Assembly: GCA_016873165.1 (NCBI GenBank)
Contig: VGXV01000054.1
Location: 1 to 21,078, forward strand
Direction of reading: 5' to 3'
Source of the DNA: Planctomycetota bacterium
Lineage (GTDB): Bacteria > Planctomycetota > Brocadiia > Brocadiales > Brocadiaceae
DNA: 21,078 nucleotides
Shown here: positions 6,847 through 14,063 of the stretch, piece after piece
Layout of the letters: every line of letters starts with the position of its first letter
Position numbering within the stretch: the stretch's first letter is position 1
Made by a program: the position numbers and the translations under genes
The notes under the pieces: generated by a model
The model's database searches: none
Told to the model about the DNA's origin: nothing
The model's input: the letters and a program-made list of their open reading frames with translations, nothing else

Positions 6847-8968
6847 TGCACATTATATCCGGCAGCAACACATTAAAACAACTGCCGCAATTCTCCTCCG
6901 TTGAGAAATAAATAAAACCATCATATTCTTCGATAATTCTCTGCGAGATAGAAAGTCCAAGCCCGACATTATGCGTCTTTGTGGTAAAAAAGGGAAGGAA
7001 GATTTCTTTGATATTTTCTCTGCTTATTCCGCATCCCGTATCTTGTATCGATACTTCGACGTAATTTTCAGGTTCTTCGGACGGCATTCTGATATTATAA
7101 AATTTTGACATGACTCCGCTGGAATTTATGGAATGAAACATCTCCTTAATTCTTGTATCATCCAATACCAATCTGTTAAGTTTTATTGTTAATGATCCTC
7201 CCTCTTTCATTGATTCCAGCGCGTTAAGAATTATATTGGAAAACGCTTCCTGCAGTTTTTCACTATCCCCATTTACAAAGGCTGCGTCGCCTGAAAATTG
7301 TTTTATTAATTTCACACGTAATTTTTCCACTTTGTCTGCATGGAAATTTAATGCCTGATCGATTGCGAACCTGACATCCACCATCCTCCTCGTAATATTG
7401 CCGTTTTCTCCCAAAATTGTTAACTTTTTTACCATGAGGTCGAGTTTATTTATCTCATTTTGCGCCACAGGGAAAAATTGCCCCTCAAATTCCTTTTCTT
7501 CGTGTTTTTCGGGAAATAAATCAACGAACGTTTTCACCGCCACAAGGTGATTCTTGATATAATGCGCCATATTTTTGCTTAACATATGATAAAACGCCTG
7601 ATTTTCCAGCGTTTTCACCCGGGACTCCAGTTTTTTCACCTCGCTCAAATCGGTAAAAACCATAATTGCCCCAAGCAAGTTATCCTTGTCAGATAATAAA
7701 GCGGTGCTCACTGCAAATGTAGCGTGCGTCACCGGATGTTCAATTTCATACACCTCATATATTTTTTTCTCCTTCAGCGTCCTTAAAATAATATCGGCAA
7801 AGAGAGAACCTATATATTTAACATCCTTTCCTAATATATTCTGCGGGGAAGTATGCAGCATATTTGCCGCGCCTTTATTGAAGGTATTTACTTTATAGCT
7901 GCAATCGATTGCAATCACACCGCACGGTATATTTTCCAAAACATTCTCGTTATGAATTTTCCTCAGATTCACTTCCTGATAAAGAATGGCGTTCTCCAAG
8001 GCCATGCCTATGTATCTTGACAACATTGTAAGCAATTCAATATCTTCATCATTGAATTCCTTCCCTGTTATTTTATTTCCCAGTGAGATGGCACTGATAA
8101 GGCTTCCCTTTACAAAAACAGGGACACAAAGTTGTGCTTGTAATATATTAATTTCCTTCTGAACCCTTATTATTTCCCGTCTTTTTAGGTTATCTGTAGC
8201 AATCTTTTTTTCAAAAATATCCCTTTTTAATATCTGATGCTTTTTCGATAACCACAACATCACCCCATCGTGCGCACTGAAAGAGATATTATTTGCTGTA
8301 GTTTCATCAATCCCTATGCAGCGAAACGGCTTGCATATACCATCTTCTTTGTCTGTCAATAAAAAAACTATCTTGCCTACTCTAAATATTTCAGACAATG
8401 CTTCCACTATCAGGTCAACAAGTTTTTTAAGATCATGGACATACGCCAATGCCTTTGAAAATTTTTGAAAGACCTCTTTATACGCAAGCTGATAATTTTC
8501 TCTCATGCTTGTTTGCCGGGCATAATTATGCTCCATTGTTCCGTTGCCCTTGCCATTCGAACTGAAATGCCGCATTTGTGTTTGAATAAATCCGATCTCT
8601 TTTTTCAGTTCCTGCCTCTCTAACGCCCGCTTAACGGCATATTGCACTGCTTCGCTTTTCAATGGTTTTTCAAGAAATTCATACGCTCCGATTTTTATCG
8701 CTTCCTGCACTAATATCGGCTGGGCAGAGGGCACAAGGGCAATAATTGTCGGGTCCGCGTTTGTTTGACGAAAAAAATCAAACATTCGATTTGTTTCTTC
8801 GGTTTTCATGAGAATATCCAAAAAAACGACATCAATTTCCTGATTCAAAAATAAATGGAACGTATCTTCTGTGTTTTTGGCAAAAAGGAGGGAAAAATCT
8901 CTCTGAAAAGATTTTTTTAGAAGATTCTGCATCGCATCATCTTTTGAAATTAATAGAAAGGAATGCAT
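6824..8968 (-). CDS. Hybrid sensor histidine kinase (N-terminal REC, GAF, PAS, HisKA, HATPase_c)
   Basis: 714 aa with RBS GGGGAGA 5 nt upstream of the ATG. The REC-like N-terminus has DVVFLDILM and EKPL. A GAF-like block (VPVFVKGSLISAISLGNK) and a PAS-like block (VLENIPCGVIAIDCSYKVNTFNKGAANML) follow. The H-box is NMAHYIKNHL. The ATPase G-boxes are QDTGCGI and GLGLSISQRII. Its stop overlaps the response-regulator start by 23 nt. Confidence 0.88.
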   Translation of the reverse strand: MHSFLLISKDDAMQNLLKKSFQRDFSLLFAKNTEDTFHLFLNQEIDVVFLDILMKTEETNRMFDFFRQTNADPTIIALVPSAQPILVQEAIKIGAYEFLEKPLKSEAVQYAVKRALERQELKKEIGFIQTQMRHFSSNGKGNGTMEHNYARQTSMRENYQLAYKEVFQKFSKALAYVHDLKKLVDLIVEALSEIFRVGKIVFLLTDKEDGICKPFRCIGIDETTANNISFSAHDGVMLWLSKKHQILKRDIFEKKIATDNLKRREIIRVQKEINILQAQLCVPVFVKGSLISAISLGNKITGKEFNDEDIELLTMLSRYIGMALENAILYQEVNLRKIHNENVLENIPCGVIAIDCSYKVNTFNKGAANMLHTSPQNILGKDVKYIGSLFADIILRTLKEKKIYEVYEIEHPVTHATFAVSTALLSDKDNLLGAIMVFTDLSEVKKLESRVKTLENQAFYHMLSKNMAHYIKNHLVAVKTFVDLFPEKHEEKEFEGQFFPVAQNEINKLDLMVKKLTILGENGNITRRMVDVRFAIDQALNFHADKVEKLRVKLIKQFSGDAAFVNGDSEKLQEAFSNIILNALESMKEGGSLTIKLNRLVLDDTRIKEMFHSINSSGVMSKFYNIRMPSEEPENYVEVSIQDTGCGISRENIKEIFLPFFTTKTHNVGLGLSISQRIIEEYDGFIYFSTEENCGSCFNVLLPDIMCNENHINC

Positions 8969-8997
8969 TGCTGTCTCCCCGACAAAAAAGTCTAATT

Positions 8998-9014
8998 ATT
9001 AAATTAATGTGCCA
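8998..9014 (-). promoter_or_regulatory. Candidate sigma54 promoter (-24 perfect, -12 degenerate) for the kinase operon
   Basis: The minus strand reads TGGCAC-ATTAA-TTTAAT, against the consensus TGGCAC-N5-TTGCW. The -24 hexamer is perfect and lies about 45 nt upstream of the ATG at 8968. The conserved GC at -12 is missing. Confidence 0.25.
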
Positions 9015-9024
9015 AAATATACCA

Positions 9025-9071
9025 TTTTGAATAATTTTATCAACTGTTTTATTGTTTTTGAATAATTTTAT
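9025..9071. repeat. Two identical 16-bp direct repeats (TTTTGAATAATTTTAT) with 31-bp periodicity
   Basis: Exact copies at 9025-9040 and 9056-9071, directly upstream of the candidate -24 element on the minus strand. An IHF-like TATCAACTGTTTT lies between them. Function unknown. Confidence 0.6.
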
Positions 9072-9137
9072 ACACTTTCCTGTGAAATCACATGAAAATC
9101 AATTATATGCACCTTTTTATTTACTTATTATAGCGAT

Positions 9138-9153
9138 ACAAGTTATGACTTGT
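9138..9153. promoter_or_regulatory. Palindrome ACAAGT-TATG-ACTTGT, possible activator binding site (UAS)
   Basis: 6-bp perfect inverted arms. It lies about 125-140 bp upstream of the minus-strand TGGCAC, a typical enhancer distance for bacterial enhancer-binding proteins. Confidence 0.35.
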
Positions 9154-9267
9154 TTACGTTCCATTTTTTCAAAGGTACAATAACTGCGTACGTAATAGGA
9201 GACAAATATAAGGTTCCCGAAATATTTTTTGTAGCAAAAAAACTCATCAAAGGGGGGGGGCTAAACA

Positions 9268-9495
9268 TTGGCAGATATTGATTCTTCTCATTCTGAACAA
9301 AAAACAGATACCAATAATTCGCAAAGGACGCTATGTCCTTTTTTTGAATGCCCACCTAGTTCTCATTGTTATTGTGTCAATGTAAATAGCCTGAAGATCC
9401 CCAATTTATTACACTATTGCGCAAAAAATTTTACCCGGTGCGACATTTATACTTCAAATCATACCGTATTGTATTCAAAGAAAGAATGCCGTTAA
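9268..9495 (+). CDS. Possible small Cys-rich protein (75 aa, TTG start), hypothetical
   Basis: ORF-track entry. The Cys/His pattern is CPFFEC-x5-HCYC-x17-C-x6-C. A G-rich tract 8 nt upstream could act as a Shine-Dalgarno sequence. It has the same orientation as the downstream REC/HD-GYP gene, 98 nt away. I recognise no family, so it could be non-coding. Confidence 0.3.
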   Translation: MADIDSSHSEQKTDTNNSQRTLCPFFECPPSSHCYCVNVNSLKIPNLLHYCAKNFTRCDIYTSNHTVLYSKKECR

Positions 9496-9593
9496 TATCG
9501 TATACATTATGCGCAAAATACCCTTCCGAGGCTTTCACTTCAGCCCTCTGCTAAAAAACAAATTCGTTTACAAAACCCCCTGGAGTTATTGCT

Positions 9594-10583
9594 ATGAACA
9601 AAATGGTACATCTTGCAAATATACTTGTAATTGATGATGAAATAGGGATAAGGGAATCGCTGCGGATAATTTTTCTTGATACGTATGAGGTGCATCTCGC
9701 CGCAAATATCGCAGAGGCGACTCTGTTTTTGAAAGAAATTGACATTGATATCGTTTTTCTTGATATAAAAATGTCGCATGAAAACGGCCTTGACTTCCTC
9801 AAAACCATAAAAACCACGTATCCAACAATTCCTGTTGTTATAATAACGGCATTTCCCTCATCACAAACTGCAATTGCCGCGCTAAGAAATGGGGCATTTG
9901 ATTATATTGTCAAACCGTTCGATTACGCGGAAATTCTTGAGACGGCAAAAAGGGCCTTAAATCAACGTTCAAGCGATGCCGATAAGGAAAATATGATTTA
10001 TTCCTTAAGAAAGGCTGTCCATCAGAACTTTTTTTCCACTACGGAAGCACTGCTGCATGCCATCGATGCTAAAGACTCCTATACCGCAGGGCACTCCAAA
10101 AGGGTATCGTTTTCGATTGCTTTTATTTCGGAAAAACTGGGAATGAACACTCTTCAGACTGAAACGCTCCGATACGGAGCTTTTCTTCATGATATCGGAA
10201 AGATTGGTGTGAGTGACTTTGTTCTGACAAAACCAGGCCCCCTTACAGAAGATGAGTTTGAAATGATAAAACGACACCCGGATATAGGATATAAGATCCT
10301 GGAGCCTATACATTTCTTAAAGGATAGTTTATCAATTGTACGGCATCATCATGAATGGTATAGCGGAGAAGGATATCCTGACGGGTTAAAAGGCGATGAA
10401 ATACCCTTTGAGGCAATGGTTCTTTCTGTAGTGGATGCATATGACGCATTGACAACAGACAGGCATTATCGTATAAAATATTCACATAAAAAGGCTCTGG
10501 AAATTATATCAGAGAGAATAAATGTACAATTTGCTCCGTCTATAACCGAAAAAATTCTTTCTATTATCGATAAATACCATTAA
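9594..10583 (+). CDS. Response regulator with an HD-GYP domain (RpfG-type c-di-GMP phosphodiesterase)
   Basis: 329 aa with RBS GGAG 9 nt upstream. REC motifs: ILVIDDE, IVFLDIKM, VVIITAF, VKPF. HD-GYP motifs: HSKRV, FLHDIGKIGV, RHHHEWYSGEGYPDGL. Confidence 0.92.
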   Translation: MNKMVHLANILVIDDEIGIRESLRIIFLDTYEVHLAANIAEATLFLKEIDIDIVFLDIKMSHENGLDFLKTIKTTYPTIPVVIITAFPSSQTAIAALRNGAFDYIVKPFDYAEILETAKRALNQRSSDADKENMIYSLRKAVHQNFFSTTEALLHAIDAKDSYTAGHSKRVSFSIAFISEKLGMNTLQTETLRYGAFLHDIGKIGVSDFVLTKPGPLTEDEFEMIKRHPDIGYKILEPIHFLKDSLSIVRHHHEWYSGEGYPDGLKGDEIPFEAMVLSVVDAYDALTTDRHYRIKYSHKKALEIISERINVQFAPSITEKILSIIDKYH

Positions 10584-10607
10584 TTGAACACCCCTGGTAA
10601 TGCCCGA

Positions 10608-11954
10608 ATGAAATTGCAAAAAAATATCTTTGAAAAAATTTTATTTCCCCTTTTCCTATTACTTCCTGTTTATTTCCTTATTCATTTTTCCGCAGAAACA
10701 AATGTTTCGGCGCAAATAGCATCCGGATTGCATAATCCTACATTTTGCGCATCCGGGCTTGCGCAGGGAAATGCTGTTGTTGCCCGCACGCATGACGCTT
10801 CTGCCGTTCTGTTTAATCCTGCCGGTCTTACTCAATTAGAAAGAGCCGAAGTTTCTGTCGGCGCCAGTTTTGTAACTCCTTTTATCGAGTATCACGGCAA
10901 TGGCATAAGCGAGGATATGGACACGCAAATAAATACGATACCAAACGTTTATTATGCCTCTCCCATAATAAACAACACATTAGCCGCAGGCATCGGCATA
11001 ACCGTTCCTTACGGACTCAGCGGAGAATGGGAGGAAGATGGGTTTTCCCGATATGTTGTTACCGATTTTTATCTGCAGGTAATCAATATTAATCCGACAA
11101 TTACCTACAAACCGTTTTCATTTCTTTCAGTCGGGGCGGGTTTTGATTACTACACAACAGAATTTGACCTGGAAAGACGCCTCAATCTCGGAGCGCTGAA
11201 CTCTTCACTAACGGGAACTGCAATAGACCCTTCGACGTCTGAGGGATATCAGGATATCGATGATATGCACGGCGATGGTTACGGATATAATGTTGGCATA
11301 CTCTATAACATCACTCCCCGCCACAGTATCGGCGCTTCGTTCCGGAGCAAGGCTGATATTGATGTAAAAGGCTCTATGAAGTTTTTTAATTTAAGCGGCG
11401 CAACTGCCGGAATCTTTGGAGCAGAAACATACTCCACCCGCGCAAAAACAGATACTACTATTCCGGAAATGCTTACCTTTGGTTACGCATATCATCATGG
11501 AGAGCGATGGAGTATGGAGGCGGATATCCAGTGGACAAACTGGTCACGTTTCGATGATCTTAGATACAGTTTTGATCCGACAAATATCTTGCTGGAATCC
11601 GACAATACCGACGAAAGAAACTGGCATAACACACTCGGAGTCGCATTGGGCGGAGAATATCAGATTAATGCCGCCCTGAAAGCGCGAGGGGGATATTCTT
11701 TTCACGAAACTCCCGTCCCCAGCGATACATTTGAACCCTCAGTTCCACAGGGAAGCAGGCATGGAATTCATCTCGGCGCAGGGTATGGTTGGGGAAAATA
11801 TTTAAACAAAGTTGTGGATGTTGCTTACAGCGCAATATTTTACGAGGACAGAACAATAAACAATTCTGTTGGAGATGCCTCTTTAGGGCCTATTGACGGG
11901 ACGTATGAAATAATTACCCATATTCTTGCCGTCAATTTCACCTACAAATTCTGA
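10608..11954 (+). CDS. Outer-membrane transport protein, OMPP1/FadL/TodX family
   Basis: The ORF track starts at TTG 10584. I prefer ATG 10608, which gives MKLQKNIFEKILFPLFLLLPVYFLIHFSAETNVSA|Q, a signal-peptide-like N-terminus. The FadL-type N-terminal region is SGLAQGNAVVARTHDASAVLFNPAGLTQL. The body has alternating beta-strand character and ends in the barrel signature NFTYKF. Confidence 0.85.
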   Translation: MKLQKNIFEKILFPLFLLLPVYFLIHFSAETNVSAQIASGLHNPTFCASGLAQGNAVVARTHDASAVLFNPAGLTQLERAEVSVGASFVTPFIEYHGNGISEDMDTQINTIPNVYYASPIINNTLAAGIGITVPYGLSGEWEEDGFSRYVVTDFYLQVININPTITYKPFSFLSVGAGFDYYTTEFDLERRLNLGALNSSLTGTAIDPSTSEGYQDIDDMHGDGYGYNVGILYNITPRHSIGASFRSKADIDVKGSMKFFNLSGATAGIFGAETYSTRAKTDTTIPEMLTFGYAYHHGERWSMEADIQWTNWSRFDDLRYSFDPTNILLESDNTDERNWHNTLGVALGGEYQINAALKARGGYSFHETPVPSDTFEPSVPQGSRHGIHLGAGYGWGKYLNKVVDVAYSAIFYEDRTINNSVGDASLGPIDGTYEIITHILAVNFTYKF

Positions 11955-12107
11955 AGATGTGTTTTTATTAAAAACTTTTCTGGAATTAGCAGAATTAGAA
12001 TTGCCGGAATTGCCTGCGGAATTCAAGAAAAATCTGGCGGAATATCGAATGTAAAATTCATTGCCATAAGCATCAAAAAGAGTATAATTTGAAGGACTCA
12101 TTAGTGA

Positions 12108-12353
12108 GTGCACTTTAATAAATGCAAATATTTAGAGCAAAATTTACTTAGGAAAGAACCAGAGGGTGGCTATCCGGTAATTGATCCTTCTCTACCATGC
12201 TATATTACCTATGGAAATACTATTGATGATGCAGTCAAAATGGCAAAAGAAGCAATTGAGCTGTATATAGAAAGTTTGAAAACACACGGTGAAGAAATAC
12301 CTACAGAGGAAGATACCTTAGAATGCACCTTAACAATAAAATCTCATACCTAA
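12108..12353 (+). CDS. hicB: HicB-like / UPF0150-family antitoxin-fold protein, possibly frameshifted at its 5' end
   Basis: The core is KEPEGGYPVIDPSLPCYITYGNTIDDAVKMAKEAIELYIESLKTHGEEIPTEE. This matches the HicB pattern (E)GGY-V-PDLPGC-T-G-T-EEA-KEAIEL-LE-GE-IP. The listed start is GTG. An ATG at 12122 in another frame encodes MQIFRAKFT and then a stop. That peptide would fit a canonical HicB N-terminus if one base near 12148 were removed. Confidence 0.6.
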   Translation: MHFNKCKYLEQNLLRKEPEGGYPVIDPSLPCYITYGNTIDDAVKMAKEAIELYIESLKTHGEEIPTEEDTLECTLTIKSHT

Positions 12354-12367
12354 ACTTCCGCCTTGTA

Positions 12368-13483
12368 CTACCGATACTCAAGAATTATCGGCATTGTTTG
12401 CGAGAATACCGGTTCAATCAGATCCGTCTCAAAACTGTTGGTCAGAAGCACCCAGATGAGTCCGCTATCCGGAAAATAATAGTATTCGCCCTGAAACCCG
12501 CTCGATGCACCGCTATGGGTCCACGTTTCGCCGAAGTCGGTCATCACCCGTTCGACGCCGAGTCCGTAATCGCTCTCCGCTCCGAATCGCGTCATCTTGT
12601 CCAGGGACTCCTCCGATAACACCGTCTGGTCAATAAAGAGAGCGAGGAGGAAGCGGGCAACGTCGGACGGAGTCGAAATGATTCCACCGTCACCGAGACC
12701 AAGCCCGTCATTGTAGTCCGTGACGTCCTTCAGCCTCTTGTTGTCGTCATATTCGTATCCATGCGTCGACAGGGAGCGCGTACTTGCCTCGAATTCAACG
12801 AAGGTATCCGAGAGTTCGAGCGGATCGAATAACAATTCCCGCATAAGCGTCGATAACCGCTTGTGCATCACGCGACTCAATATCTTCCCCATCATCGTGT
12901 AGTTGGTATTCGAGTAAAAAAACTTCTGTCCCGGGCTGAATTTCGGGGAGAGGTCATATACCATCTCGATCGTCTCCTTGGCTGTCCAGCGATGGTGCGG
13001 ATTCGATGAGTACACCTCATCAAAACCTTCGGTATCAAGGTAATCAGGAATCCCGCTCTTCATCGCAAGCAGGTGACGGACGGTTACCTTTTTCCCGTTA
13101 GGCACCCGGTCGAAATCCACCACGTCTTTCAGATAACGTCTTGCCCGCGACTTGAGGCGTAAGGACGAGTTTTCCTCCAGCATGAGGCTGACGGCCGCGA
13201 TGAACGTCTTCGTCATACTCGCTATTCGGAAATTATCCGACGTGGTCAGCGATTGTCCACCCTTGCCCCGCTTATTCTTTCCCGATGCGAGCGAGACTAT
13301 CTCGTGGTTCGGCAGGATCACGCATAAGGACGCGCCGGGCGTAACCGTCGAGTCGGACACCTTCTCATCGAGAACCTTTTGCAACCGGCCCGTAAGCTCG
13401 TCCACCGTATCGGCATGGGCCGGCAACGGGACGCACACGAACATCGCCAGGAACAGGATCAAGGCCATGCGCATAAATATCAT
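12368..13483 (-). CDS. Secreted serine hydrolase, beta-lactamase/transpeptidase-like (class C / esterase EstB-like family)
   Basis: Motifs: SxxK (ASMTKTF), YxN (FYSNTNY) and a KTG-like HSG (WTHSGASSG). I prefer ATG 13483, giving MIFMRMALILFLAMFVCVPLPAHA|D, a signal peptide, with GGAGA 2 nt upstream. The track start at 13537 lies inside the MITE. The gene is clearly GC-richer than its surroundings. Confidence 0.85.
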   Translation of the reverse strand: MIFMRMALILFLAMFVCVPLPAHADTVDELTGRLQKVLDEKVSDSTVTPGASLCVILPNHEIVSLASGKNKRGKGGQSLTTSDNFRIASMTKTFIAAVSLMLEENSSLRLKSRARRYLKDVVDFDRVPNGKKVTVRHLLAMKSGIPDYLDTEGFDEVYSSNPHHRWTAKETIEMVYDLSPKFSPGQKFFYSNTNYTMMGKILSRVMHKRLSTLMRELLFDPLELSDTFVEFEASTRSLSTHGYEYDDNKRLKDVTDYNDGLGLGDGGIISTPSDVARFLLALFIDQTVLSEESLDKMTRFGAESDYGLGVERVMTDFGETWTHSGASSGFQGEYYYFPDSGLIWVLLTNSFETDLIEPVFSQTMPIILEYR

Positions 13484-13493
13484 CGTCTCCAAC

Positions 13494-13633
13494 GGGAGCA
13501 TTCCCAATTTTTTGTAAATCAAAATAAAGCCGACCATAAAGGATCGGCGCTACCATGCAATATGTGTCGTAGCGCGGGTGGTTTATCCCCCGCATAATAC
13601 CTCCACATTTTACAAAAAATTGGGAATGCTCCC
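13494..13633. mobile_element. 140-bp MITE (non-autonomous derivative of the IS at 20869)
   Basis: It has 25-bp terminal inverted repeats: GGGAGCATTCCCAATTTTTTGTAAA at 13494-13518 and its reverse complement at 13609-13633. A 9-bp direct duplication GTCTCCAAC flanks it at 13485-13493 and 13634-13642. The first 60 bp are identical to 20869-20928. Internal hairpins include gcgctac...gtagcgc. Confidence 0.8.
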
Positions 13634-14063
13634 GTCTCCAACCTCATTGCATCGTGATGAAATTAATGTGTTAAGAAATAAAAATTTGACATTTTCAACA
13701 AAAATATTTTTCACAAAGTCTGTATGCCGCTTTATATAAGGCTTTGGAATACGTTTTCCCATTGTCCTACTCTTGTCATTTTCTCTGCGCCCTGCAGTGA
13801 ACGGTTTACCCTTCCGACTCGTACGGGCACTGTTATTTTGTCCTTCTTCCCGATCTTGTTTTCCGTTCCTTCCAGATGAGATGATAGGAAATGGTTTTTT
13901 TAGCTTGAGGCGATATTAACCTAAAAATGAAAAAGATGTCAAGTTTTTAAATTCATTCAGCTAAATTGAATATTAAAAAAGGGTGCAGATGGAAAGAATG
14001 GCGCGAAACGATAGGAGTATTATCTGTGGATGGGTAATTTGCAGCAAATTCCTATTTTTTATG

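Noticed and set aside
9081-9092. CRP-like TGTGA...TCACA motif
   Set aside because: The half-sites are separated by 2 nt rather than the 6 nt of the CRP/FNR consensus. It is probably fortuitous in an AT-rich spacer.
11955-12107. HicA toxin gene upstream of the HicB-like ORF
   Set aside because: Manual translation of the plus frames gives only short peptides (for example VFLLKTFLELAELELPELPAEFKKNLAEYRM) with no HicA GSH-type core. Any resemblance is too weak to call.
12323-13597. Plus- and minus-strand ORFs overlapping the hydrolase gene and MITE (12323-12619, 12720-12902, 13152-13517, 13365-13595, 13379-13597)
   Set aside because: They are antisense or alternate-frame ORFs of the kind expected in a GC-rich gene. 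Those crossing 13494-13633 read through the MITE. None shows recognisable motifs.
13640-14063. Integrase or other gene remnant, tRNA, or promoter in the spacer between the MITE and the FadL fragment
   Set aside because: One minus-strand frame is open for about 95 codons, but it is K/R-rich and low-complexity, has a late Met, and runs into the MITE. I saw no T-loop (GTTCRAATC) or cloverleaf. TTGACA at 13686 has no acceptable -10 at 16-18 nt.
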